From positions 31,000,001-31,064,000 of the forward strand of contig NC_086123.1 of assembly GCF_963921235.1 (NCBI RefSeq): a DNA stretch of 64,000 nucleotides, read 5' to 3'. Source of the DNA: Mobula hypostoma. Its lineage: Eukaryota. Below the pieces are notes generated by a model. That model made no database searches. It was not told the origin of the DNA and saw nothing but the letters and a program-made list of their open reading frames with translations. The number at the start of each line of letters is the position of its first letter. Position 1 is the first letter of the stretch. Below are positions 49,655-61,199 of the stretch, piece by piece. The translations under genes were made by a program, and so were the position numbers.

Positions 49655-50955
49655 GCTGTTTTAATGTTTGAAGGATTATCGGGCTGGTTTTGCTTAATCA
49701 AGGATCTTATATTCATTTGCTCAAATTATCTATTGTGGGCTATTTAAACTGATTGACTATAAAAGGTAGAACAGAATTTGGCCATTTGCACTATTGGGCC
49801 TGGTCCACCATTCCATCATGGCCAATTTATTTGCCCTCTCAACTCCATTCTGTTGCCTTCTCCCTGTAACCTTTGATGTTTTTACCAACTGAGAACCTAT
49901 CAAACTCTGCATTAAATAAACCCAATGACCTAGCCTCCACAGCCATCCGTAGCAATGAAATATGCAGATTTACCACCATCTGGCTGAAGAAGTACCGAAG
50001 TACTCCCCATCTTTGTTCTGAAGGTTGTGTGCCCTGGTCTCCGAATGCTCCATTATAGGAGACATCCTCTCCACATCCAGTCTATTGAGACCTTTCAATT
50101 TTCAATAAGTTTCAATGAGATTTCCCCCCTCATTCTTCTAAACTCCAGTGAGTACAGGCCCAGAGCCATCATACACTCCGCATATGTTAATCCTTTCATT
50201 CCCAGACCATTCTTGTGATCCTCCTCTGGATCCTCTCAAGTACCAGCACATCCTTTTCACCGATAATGGGCACAAAACTGTTCACAGAATTCCAAGTGTA
50301 GTCTGATCGATCACCACTGAATTATTTTCCCATTGTGTTCTAAGTGTCCATTTTGTAAGGATCAGTGTGCTTGGTTTTTTTTATTCACATGATGTGTGTA
50401 TCTCCAACAAGATCGGTATTCAATGACTATCCATCACTACTCCTGAGTGGCTTACTGGCCAGTTCAGTGAACAGTTAAAAGTCAACACATTGCTGTGAAT
50501 CTGGTGAGGCAGAATGGGTTAGAAAGTCACTGAACTGGTTGGGGGCTTAAACAAGCTTAAACTTTCCTGGCAACCACCTGCAGCACCAGAGTTTACAGAG
50601 GGATATTGACTGCCCAGCCTTTTCAGTGACAATAGGTCTTATACATTTGGATCAATGTGCAGATCTATGCAATGTCAATTAACTCCTGTGATCATAATCA
50701 GCATATTTACAAATGATTCAGATGATGAGAAAGAAAGCAAAGTTTATTCATGATTGACAGATTGACACAAGGGTTTTTTTTTATTAATATGGGTGGTGTT
50801 AAGGCAATTTTGGAGTTAGCACATATATCAAATAACTTCAGCCACCAATCTTCAGATCTGAATATGGACTGTAGATTACGTGTAAAATGCTCTGGAGCAT
50901 GGGATCGTAGAGGTGTGAAAACAACAATTGATTGAAGGACCAGAAAATACCAAAA

Positions 50956-53470
50956 TGAACCACGTCACACTTATCTGGGTTGAACTCCATCTGCCACTTC
51001 TCAGCCCAGTTTTGCAACCTATCAATGTCCCGCTGCACCCTCTGACAGCCCTCTACACTATCCACAACACCCCCAACCTTTGTGTCATCAGCAAACTTAC
51101 TAACCCATCCGTCCACTTCCTCTTCCCGGTTATTTATAAAAATCACGAAGAGCAAGGGTCCCAGAACAGATCTCTGAGGGACACCACAAGTCACCGACTT
51201 CCATGCAGAATATGACCTGTCTACAACCACTCTTTGCCTTCTGTAGGAAAGCCAGTTCTGGATCCACAAAGCAATGTCCCCTTGGATCCCATGCCTCCTT
51301 AGTCAAGTCAAGTCACTTTTTATTGTCATTTTGACCATAAACTGCTGGTACAGTACACAGTAAAAATGAAACAACGTTCCTCCAGGAACATGGTGCCACA
51401 TAATGCTTAATTTCTCAATAAGCCTTGCATGGCCTACCTTATCAAATGCCTTGCTGAAATCTATATACACTACATCTACTGCTCTACCTTCATCAATGTG
51501 TTTAGTCACATCCTCAAATAATTCAATCAGGCTCGTAAGGCACGACCTGCCCTTGACAAAGCCATGCTGACTATTCCTAACAATATTATACCTCTCCAAA
51601 TATTCATAAATCCTGCCTCTCAGGATCTTCTCCATCAACTTACCAACCACTGAAGTAAGACTCACTGGTCCATAATTTCCTGGGCTATCTCAACTCCCTT
51701 TCTTGAATAAGGGAACAACATCCGTAACCTCCGGAACCTCTCCCGTCCCCATTGATGATGCAAAAATCATTGCCAGAGGCTCAACAATCTCCTCCCTCGC
51801 CTCCCACAGTAGCCTGGGGTACATCTCATCGTCCCTGTGACTTATCCAACTTGATGCTTTCCAAAAACTCCAGCACATCCTCTTTCTTAATATCGATATG
51901 CTCAAACCTTTCAGTCTGCTGCAAGTCATCCCTACAATCGCCAAGCTCCTTTTCCATAGTGAATACTGAAGCAAAATATTAATTAAGAACTTCTGGTATT
52001 TTCTCCGGTTCTATACACACTTTCCCACTGTCATTCTTGATAGGTCCTATCCTTTCTTGTCTTATCCTCTTGCTCTTCACATACTTGTAGAATGCCTTGG
52101 GGTTTTCCTTAATCCTACCCACCAAGGTCTTCTCATGGCCCCTTCTGGCTCTCCTAATTTCCTTCTTAAGCTCTTTCCTGTTAGCCTTATAATCTTCTGG
52201 ATCTCTAACATTACCTAGCTCTCTGTACCTTTTATAAGCTTTTCTTCTCGACTAGATTTACTCCAGCCTTTGTACACCACGGTTCCTGTACCCTACCATA
52301 ACTTCCCTCTCTCATTGGAATGTACCTATGCGGAACTCCACACAAATATCCCCTGAACATTTGCCACATTTCTTCTGTACCTTTCCCTGAGAACATCTGT
52401 TCCCAATTTAAGCTTCCAAGTTCCTGCCTGATAGCCTCATAATTCCCCTTACTCCAATTAAACACTTTTCTAACTTGTCTGAACCTATCTTTCTCCAAGG
52501 CTATTGTAAAGGAGATAGAATTATGATCACTATCTCCAAAATGCTCTCCTACTGAGAGATCTGACACCTGACCAGGTTCATTTCCCAATAACAAATGAAG
52601 TACAGACTCTCCTCTTGTAGGCTTATCTACATATTGTGTCAAGAAACCTTCCTGAACACACCTATCAAACTCCACCCCATCTAAACCCCTTGCTCTAGGA
52701 AGATGCCAATCAACATTTGGGAAATTAAAATCTCCCACCATGACAACTCTGTTATTATTACACATTTCCAGGGTCTGTTACCTTATCTGCTCCTTGATAT
52801 CCCTGTTACTATTGGGCGGCCTATAAAAAACACACACTAGAGTTATTGACCCCTTCCTGTTCCTAACCTCCACCCACAGAGACTCCGTAGACAATCTCTC
52901 CATGTTGTCCACCTTTTCTGCTGCCTTGACGCTATCTCTGATCAACAGTGCCATGCCCCCACCTCTTTTACCTCCCTCCCTGTCCTTTCTGAAACATCTA
53001 AAACCTGGCACTTGAAGTAACCATTCCTGTCCCTGAGCCATCCAAGTCTCGGCAATGGCTACCACATCATAGCTCCAAGTACTGATCCATGCTCTAAGCT
53101 CATCCGCTTTGTTCACAATACTCCTTGCATTAAAATAGACACCATCGGTCTGAATGCTTCCCTTCTTTATCACCTGCCTATCCTCCCTCACACACTGTCT
53201 CCAAGCTTTCTCTATTTGTGAGCCAACCACCTCTTCCCCAGTCTCTTCAGTTCAGTTCCCTGACCAGACGAAGGTCATCGAGCTACACCTCCAGTTCCCT
53301 AACGCGGTCCCATAGGAGCTGCAGCTCGACACACCGGCAGCAGATATGGATGTCTGGGAGGCTGGGAGACTCCAGGGCTTCCCACATCTGACACCGAGCG
53401 CAGAAAATCGGCCGCACACACATTCTTCCTTTCCACAATTAACACGGGTAAACCTGCCTCGCCTCATCCC
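50956..53470 (-). mobile_element. Degenerate CR1 (5' region, APE and part of RT), lacking its 3' end, with a ~100-bp nested LINE tail at ~51301-51400
   Basis: ORFs 52778-53230, 52232-52765, 51303-51665, 50838-51269 with CR1 motifs. Confidence 0.88.
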
Positions 53471-55220
53471 ATTACCGCCAAAGCCCTCTCACTTCGCTGC
53501 CTGCTCCGAACCGAAAGTGACAGTTTTGTGTGGTTCAAAGAAAGCATTGCAGATACATTGTAAATATAGAATTGGCCTTTTATCTTTAGCATATAAAATG
53601 TCATGTAGTCTTATGTTGAGCAGACCTCTTCCTCTGAAAAGGTCTCAATATGGTGCCTGCCATGTCTCATTTTGTCGAATCAAGAGACAGCTTCATATCT
53701 ACCAGCTACTTCTCTCTGGTGACTTTGTTCATGTGACAACAGGTGCAAGATTTACACTGGCAGGTAATATTAATTGTTCAAGTGAATAAGCAATACTTTG
53801 GGAAATAGATATCCATGCAGGAGAATTTAAGTTTATCTACGTTGGCCTAAATATTGGAAGTGCAGCATGAGTATTTAAAAGATGGAATGATTAAAGTAAT
53901 CTTTACAGGTTCAGGGTACAGTCAAAGGGCCAGTAGATGGTTGTCCTTTATACTGAGGTATTGAACAGTGGAGGACATAGGATTCATTACGGCTGCACGA
54001 ACTTTGGTTCAATCACCACATGAGTACTTCTGAACAGCATCAGCATAGATGGGATATAATAGCCCAGACAGACAGAGCAACAAAGATTTAAGTTCAACTT
54101 CAACTTCAAGTCTATTGTCATTCAACTATACATACGTATACAACTAATATGAACCATCGTTCCTCTGCGGACAAGGTGCAAAACACATACAGCACATATA
54201 GTGATGACCAAGCACATACAGTCACAAAATAACATTAGCACAATGCAGAATGATTGCAGGACTCCAGGGTTAAATTATGAGGTGAAATAACAGTCTCATT
54301 TGAAATCCTTGGAATTTAACAGGGTAAGGATGACTTGGTTTACGGTTCCAAGGTAAAGGTGTATAATTGACAGAGCTATATACGATAATAAGAAGCACTG
54401 ATAAGAGTAGACAGCCAGTGCCTTTTTTTTCCAGAGTGGAAATGGCTAATACAAGAGGAGATAATTTTCAGGTAATTGGAGGTAATTGGCTCCCCACACA
54501 GACTTCCAATCTGCGCCTTGTAAGGCATGAAAATACCCGACACAGGCCTCCCACGGTCTGAGTTAACATTCTCCCCTCCCCTCCCTCTGCTTTTTTGGAG
54601 GAATGTGTAGGAGAGTGGTAATTGTGTGGAATGCATTGCCAGAAGAGAGGGTAAAGGCAATACATTATGGAGATTTACCAGTCTCTTAGCCTACGTCCAC
54701 ACTAGACTGGATAATTTTGAAAACGCCGGTTTCGCGTAAAAACGATAGGCGCCCACATGAGGCATTCTTGAAAATACCTCCGTCCACATTAAAGCGGGTA
54801 TTTGGGCAAATCTCCTCCAACTGGGCATACGCAGGACACACAGGAAACAAGCGAAGAGGAAATGGTATACTTGGTGCATGTTTGTCCAGTTACACACTTG
54901 AAAAGCTTAAAAGGAAATTGCGAAATGAAAGACTTGGTGCGCGTTTGTCCAGAAGCATTTCCTACAGCCAGTCTCTTCACCGATGAAAGGGATGACAGCT
55001 ACAACAAAATGCAATAAGGCTTGTTACTGGGCAAAAGTGAAATTTGCTGTTACCTCATTTGTTTGCCTTTACTTTTGCCGTGTCTTTACGTATTATTTTG
55101 CTGTATTAACATGTGCAATAAAAAGAGTTACTGGACAGAAGTGACAATTGCATCTATTGAATGTTTGCACAAGCAATACATTAATAAAGCACCTTGTTAA
55201 ATGTATAAAACATGTCTGCA

Positions 55221-55571
55221 ACACACATCAAAGTTGCTGGTGAACGCAGCAGGCCAGGCAGCATCTCTAGGAAGAGGTACAGTCGACGTTTCGGGCCGAG
55301 ACCCTTCGTCAGGACTAACTGAAAGAAGAGCCAGTAAGAGATTTGAAAGTGGGAAGGGGAGGGGGAGATCCGAAATTATAGGAGAAGACTCCTCCCCTCT
55401 CCCTCCCACTTTCAAATCTCTTACTGGCTCTTCTTTCAGTTAGTCCTGATGAAGGGTCTCGGCCTGAAACGTCAACCGTACCTCTTCCTAGAGATGCTGC
55501 GTTCACCAGCAACTTTGATGTGTGTTGCTTGAATTTCCAGCATCTGCAGATTTCCTCCTGTTTGCATTTTT
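55221..55571. mobile_element. Inverted pair of Penelope-like termini (palindrome, ~135-bp arms) with 13-bp TSD AAACATGTCTGCA
   Basis: ~55221-55355 is the reverse complement of ~55392-55526; TSD at 55208-55220 and 55572-55584. Confidence 0.8.
55281..55316 (-). ncRNA. Minimal type I hammerhead ribozyme (Penelope-associated)
   Basis: AGTC-CTGACGA-A-GGG(TCTCGG)CCC-GAAAC-GTC^GACT: both core boxes, stem II, GUC cleavage triplet and stem I (AGTC/GACT) present. Confidence 0.7.
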
Positions 55572-56674
55572 AAACATGTCTGCACCAGTGTTATCTTGAA
55601 TTTCCATACAATGTTACATTAGGCTGTTAGACATCTATTGTCAGATATTGTTGTGGGGTTGGAGGTTGCGTTGAAGAAAATGCAGCACGGTGCTGCCTCC
55701 ACTGTTTGTTCTGACACGTCATGACAGCGTTTTCACAATTAGCCGGTTACCCCGTACACGCTACAACGGCCAACCGGCGTTTTCAGATTTAAAAACGCTG
55801 CAGAGTGTTTCAGAAAAGCTCCGTTTCTGGGGGAGGAAAACGCCATTTCAGTGTGGACGGAGGGTCAAAATGAAGAGAAAAAGCTTTGGTTGTGGATTTA
55901 TCCGGTCTAGTGTGGACGTAGCCTTAGATAGGCAAATGGATGAAAGAAAAACAGAGGGCTCTGTGCGAGGTATGCATCAGAGTGATCTTGGCCTCAGTTA
56001 AAAGGTCGACATACATCTTGGGCCAAGGGGTCTGGACTGTGCTATACTATTCTGTGTTAAGTGGAAGTGAGTGGTTGGATAGAAATAAACCCATCTCTTT
56101 TTGAGAGTCCAACCCTTTGTAAATGGTCTGAAAGTTCGAGATTCTCATTTCAGGAGTGACTTTAGGAAACATTTCAAAACAGACAGTGGTATAAACTTGG
56201 ATAAGTTTATTCTCATTTGCATATTGTAATTGATGCCAGATTCGTTGTTAATTTTAATTTTGAGATTAAAATTCTGAGATTGATTGTTGAAAGCCAGTGG
56301 TATTATGGGACAAGGGGAAAGAGCTCTGTGGCTGTCGCAGTTCAGCCAGACAAGGAAAATTGAGACTGTAGGAGTCTGGCAGAGATTTTGTGAAGAGTTG
56401 TGTGGGAATGTCGGACAGGGTGGACTCAGAGAGTTCCATCAGGGGTACAGCTCTCCCACCATCGAGGATATCTACAAGAGGCAATGTTCCAGGAAAGGAG
56501 CATCCCTCATCAGAGATCCCCGCTATCTGGATGCTGCCATCAGGCAGGAGAAACAGGAATCTGAAGACCCAAGTCTCAAAGCTTCATTCCCACTGCTATT
56601 AAGTCCATGAGCCAATCTGAAAAACCTTGACGATAGCTCAGAATATTTTTTTTCCGCTGTCAATCGCATTGGTG

Positions 56675-57635
56675 TGTCATGGTCCGGTCCGTGAAGCCAT
56701 ATTCCAGTTCATGGTCCGGTTCATTGATTCCTTACTCTGGGTTTTCCTGTTTTCCCTTGTTCCATTGGGTGCCTTAATTGAGGCACCTGATTCTAGTTCC
56801 GGGCTGGCTTCATAAATAGCTCCTGGATTCAGCTTGGGGTGCTGGACTGTTCCCTTCCCTCTCCCTTCTGCCTGAAACTTTTGGCTGCAACCCTGTCAGT
56901 ATCCCCGCGAAGTGCAACACCACTGGAGTGAGACCGGAGCTTTGCCATGCCAAGATAAGGAGCTATCTAACATTGAGTTTGGAACTGTTCTCTTTGTGTC
57001 TCCGTGCTTAGTGTCTGTGTCAAAGAAGAATCCCGGCCCTAAGCCCTGTTCCCAAGGAGGGGTCCTGGCTCTGTGTTCCATGTTCCTGTGTTCCTGTCTC
57101 TCAAGTCCAGGTGCCATGTTCCAGCCCTGTCTAAGTCTGAGCTTCATGTCCTCGCCCAGCCCAGGAGTGCCTCACCCAGCCCGGCGCTGGAGTTCCCTCG
57201 CCCTGTCCAATCCAAGTCCAGGAACCTCGCCCTGTCCAAGCCAAGTCCTAGAACCTTGCCCTGTCCAAGCCAAGGCTTTGTTTTCTCATCCTGTCCATGT
57301 GCCTCGTCCTGTGCAGGATTTCCACGTCCAGTCTTGAGTCCTAGCCTAGAACCGGGTTCCGGTTCCGAGTCAGGACCCAGGTTCCGAGTCCCAACCAAGA
57401 CCCAGGTTCCAGGTCCTTGTCCAGACGCTGGTTCAGGAGTTCCTAGTTCCACGTCCGGGTCCTGTGCTTCTAGCCCAAGTCCTTGCCCAGGCCCTGCATC
57501 CTAGTCTCATCCAGGGCCTGTGTCAATGTCTAGCATTGTTTCTTCCCTCGCTTTCCTGTCAAACCTAGTCCTGTTCCTAGTACTCCAGCGTCCGTGTCTT
57601 CTATTTGGGTCCGCCATTAACGCACACTTGTAACA
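56675..57635 (+). mobile_element. Solo LTR (TG...CA) with 5-bp TSD TGGTG; same family as 32906-34092, opposite orientation
   Basis: TGGTG at 56670-56674 and 57636-57640; termini homologous to the other copy. Confidence 0.85.
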
Positions 57636-58366
57636 TGGTGTCACTGTTTAATTTGCACATGTGCAAGTTATTGATAATTTATGTAATTTAAGTTTATTTT
57701 AACTTATGCTTCTCCTCATCTTGTAATTATCTGCAAAAAGCTCATTGTTATGGCATTTACACCCTGCCAATGTATGTCTACAATAATAGCAGACGTGAAC
57801 TCTACAAGTTCAGAGTAAATTTATTATCAAAGTGTGTATGTCAGCATATACCACCCTGAGATTAATTTTCTTGCAGGTTTTAAAACACAGAAATACATAG
57901 AATTAATGAAAAACTACACACTGACAACCAATTTGAAAATAAAAAGAAACTGTTCAAATATAAAATAATACGATAAAATAGTTAAATAAAGAATACTGAG
58001 AACATCAGTGATTGAATTTGAGTCCACAGGCTGTGGAATCAGTTCAGTGTTGAGGTGAGTGAAGTGTCGGGGTTAATACTGTCCCTGAACCTGGTGGTGT
58101 CCGACTTAAAATGACGAAATTTACTGGGTTTCCACATCCCTCCGGGGTAGAGAGTTATCCATTCTCCATCTCAGAGTTCAATTCTTCCTGTCAACGATGT
58201 CTCTTGGTCCCAGGCTACCCCGTAAGAGGAAACATCATCACTGCATCTCACCTGTCAGTCACTTTAACCATGGCCTCGCTCTACCAGAGATACAAAATCC
58301 CCTTTGCCTGCTCTCTGCACTTAACGATAACTTGCTCTCTCCGATCTCTAACACTTGCTGCCTGCT

Positions 58367-60370
58367 GATATTTTTTCCTACAGTTTCCTGCTTCTGACTT
58401 TGAACGTTTCCTCTGTTAACAGCAACGTCAGATCTCGAAATCGAAACTTAGCCTGAGAACGGGGAAATGAAAACTTGTGCAAAACAATGTTTGAACTTCA
58501 GCCTGTGAATCGACACAAAGATTGTTTACTTGTGTTGAAACAACACCTCTCATCTCCACTCGTTCGATTAACCCTGGGCTGTACTCTTCGCAGTGAAATT
58601 TAACATGATTGCTTCCATTTACTGTATTGCTGAGGTCAGAATTTACACAGAGGGGCCACTGCACTCCTGTAGTAATTGTGGCGCAGAACGCGTCATGGTT
58701 ATGTGCTGGGCTTTCTGAGCTTTGCAATAAGTGACTTTAATTCTTTTTTTCACAGTTGGTATCAAACATCCTACCGAGTGTTTAGTTTCACGGCACATCG
58801 AGTATCATTCACTCGGACAAGCCGATCTGTTCCCTTTCTGATTGGATGAGCTGTGAAGATAGGCATGCAAGTTGTCCAATAGAAGAGAGAGTGGGCTGGA
58901 TGTTTGGGACAACATAACACATGAGGAATGAGCCAAAGAGCAGTTTGATAATAGGTTTGTTTTATTCCACTCCATTTTGACACCTGCTGCCCTTTCCAGC
59001 TCAATTCCACAGAACATTTAATTTCAAATTCAAAGAAAATGTTATTATCAAAGTAGATATATGTCATTATATACAATCCTGAGATTCATTTTCTTGTCTC
59101 TATAATAGTAACTATAAAAGGATTAATGAAAGAATAAATGGTAATAAATAACAAGAACATGAGATAATGAGATAAAGAGTCCCTAAAAGTGAGATCATTG
59201 GTTGTGGGAAGGTTTCAATGATGGGGCAAGCACGAGGCCCTTCATTTTATTCATGAGACTAATGGTTAAGGGGTAGTAACTGTTCCTGAACCTGGTGGTG
59301 GGAGTCCTGAGGCTCTTGTGCCTTCTACCTGATGGCAGAAGCAAAAAGAATGCATGTCCTGGGAGATGGGGATCTCTGATGATGGATGCTGCTTTCCTAT
59401 GACAGCATTTCATGTAGATATTTTTTTCTAGAGTTTCCTGCTTCTGACTTTAAACATTTCCTCTGTTATTTGCAACGTCAGATCTTGAAATCGAAACTTA
59501 GCCCGAGAACGGGGTAATGGAAACTTGTGCAAAAAAAATGTTTGCTGAACGCCAGCCTGTGAATTGACATAAAGATTGTTCACTTGTGTTGAAACAACAC
59601 CGTTCATCTCCACTCCTTTGATTAACCCTGGGCTGTACTCTTCGCAGTGAAACTTAATATGATTGCTTCCATTTATTGCTGAGGTCCGAATTTACACATA
59701 GGGCCACTGCACTCCTGAAGCAATTGTGGTGCAGAACGCATCGCGGCTGTGTCCTGGGCTTTCGGAGCTTTGCAATAAGTGACTTTCATTCTCTTTTCAC
59801 ATGCCTGATATATAAAAAAAGGGATGTAAACAGGATTTGTTTTATTCCAGTCCATTTTGACATCTGCAGCCCTTTCCAGCCTAATTCCACAGAACACTTA
59901 ACATCAAATTCAAAGTAAATTTTATTATCAAAGTACATATATGCCATCATTTTCATCGTTTTCCCTAAGATTCATTTTCTTGTGGGCATACTCAGCAAAT
60001 CTATATAGTAGTAACTATAACAGGATCAATGAAAGATCAACCAGAGTGCAGAAGACAACAAACTGCGCAAATGCAAATACAGTATAAATAAATGGTAATA
60101 AGTAACAAGAACATGAGATAATGAGATAAAGATTCCCTAAAAGTGAGATCATTGGTTGTGGGAAGGTTTCAATGATGAGGCAAGCACGAGGCCCTTCATT
60201 TTATTCACGAGACTAATGGTTAAGGGGTAGTAATTGTTCCTGAACCTGGTGGTGGGAGTCCTGAGGCTCTTGTGCCTTCTACCTGATGGCAGAAGCGAAA
60301 AGAATGCATGTCCTGGGAGATGGGGATCTCTGATGAGGGATGCTGCTTCCCTATGACAACATTTCATGTA
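58367..60370. repeat. Tandem duplication (~1050-bp period), each unit with a perfect ISRE and a Rex-type LINE 3' fragment
   Basis: 58367 and 59417 both start GATATTTTTT; GAAATCGAAACT at 58437 and 59487; near-identical ORFs 59195-59413 and 60149-60418. Confidence 0.85.
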
Positions 60371-61199
60371 GACGTGCTCAGTGGTTAGGATGGTTTTACC
60401 TGTGATGAACTTCCCCATAGAACAATCGTGTGTCCATCTCAGTCTGGGATATATTCATTCTTCACCTCTCTCCTCATTTTTGAAAATATGCCCTCTCCCA
60501 CAACGCATCTACTTGTTCACCATCTGTCTCATCGATTCCTCTCAGACTTTCAGTGAGAAAACCTCTCATCTTTCTGTAACTCCAGTGGGTATAATTTCCA
60601 AAGAGGAAATGACCAACCCCTCAACCTTTCCTCATAAAACAGCTTTTGATCCCAGGAATCAAGCTTACAAACTGTTTCCCATCTTCCCATGAATAAGCAG
60701 ACCAGAAAGAATGCTCAGATAGCACTCCACATATTGCCTCAGTAATGCCCCGTTGAGTTGTATGGAGACGTTTCCTTCTTTCACACTCCACCGCATTGGC
60801 TACAAGGTACAGATTCCAATTGTGTTCCCAATTACTTGTTGTCCCTGTATGCTAATTCTCATGCTTCCTGTATGGTTCCTCTGCATAGCAACATTCTCGA
60901 AGACAGACGTTCCCCACTGGGAGTCCACAGACCCCTCAGTTAATGTTGGGGTCCAGTGCGTATAACAAGCTTGAGAATCCCTGCTCTAGGACCATGTGTA
61001 TTTCTGATTTTTATCCTTTTCTTCTAAAGTGGACGACCTCATTTTCCCTATATTTCATTCTGTTTCTCACACGTGTAACTTGTAACACATCGCTTTACAG
61101 CTTCACTGTATTCTCCTCCAATGTGCTTTCCCACTGAAGTATTCAGCAAATATACATACAACACACTTACATGAACAGAAGTCTGTCCAACTGCTAAAA

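Larger units (their letters stand above)
54689..55923. mobile_element. PIF/Harbinger-type non-autonomous element with TTA TSD, inserted in a CR1 3' fragment
   Basis: TIRs GCCTACGTCCACACTAGACTGGATAA / TTATCCGGTCTAGTGTGGACGTAGCC; TTA at 54686-54688 and 55924-55926. Confidence 0.8.

Noticed and set aside
32906-57635. The two LTRs as ends of one element, or as inversion breakpoints around OASL
   Set aside because: Opposite orientation, and each has its own intact, different TSD
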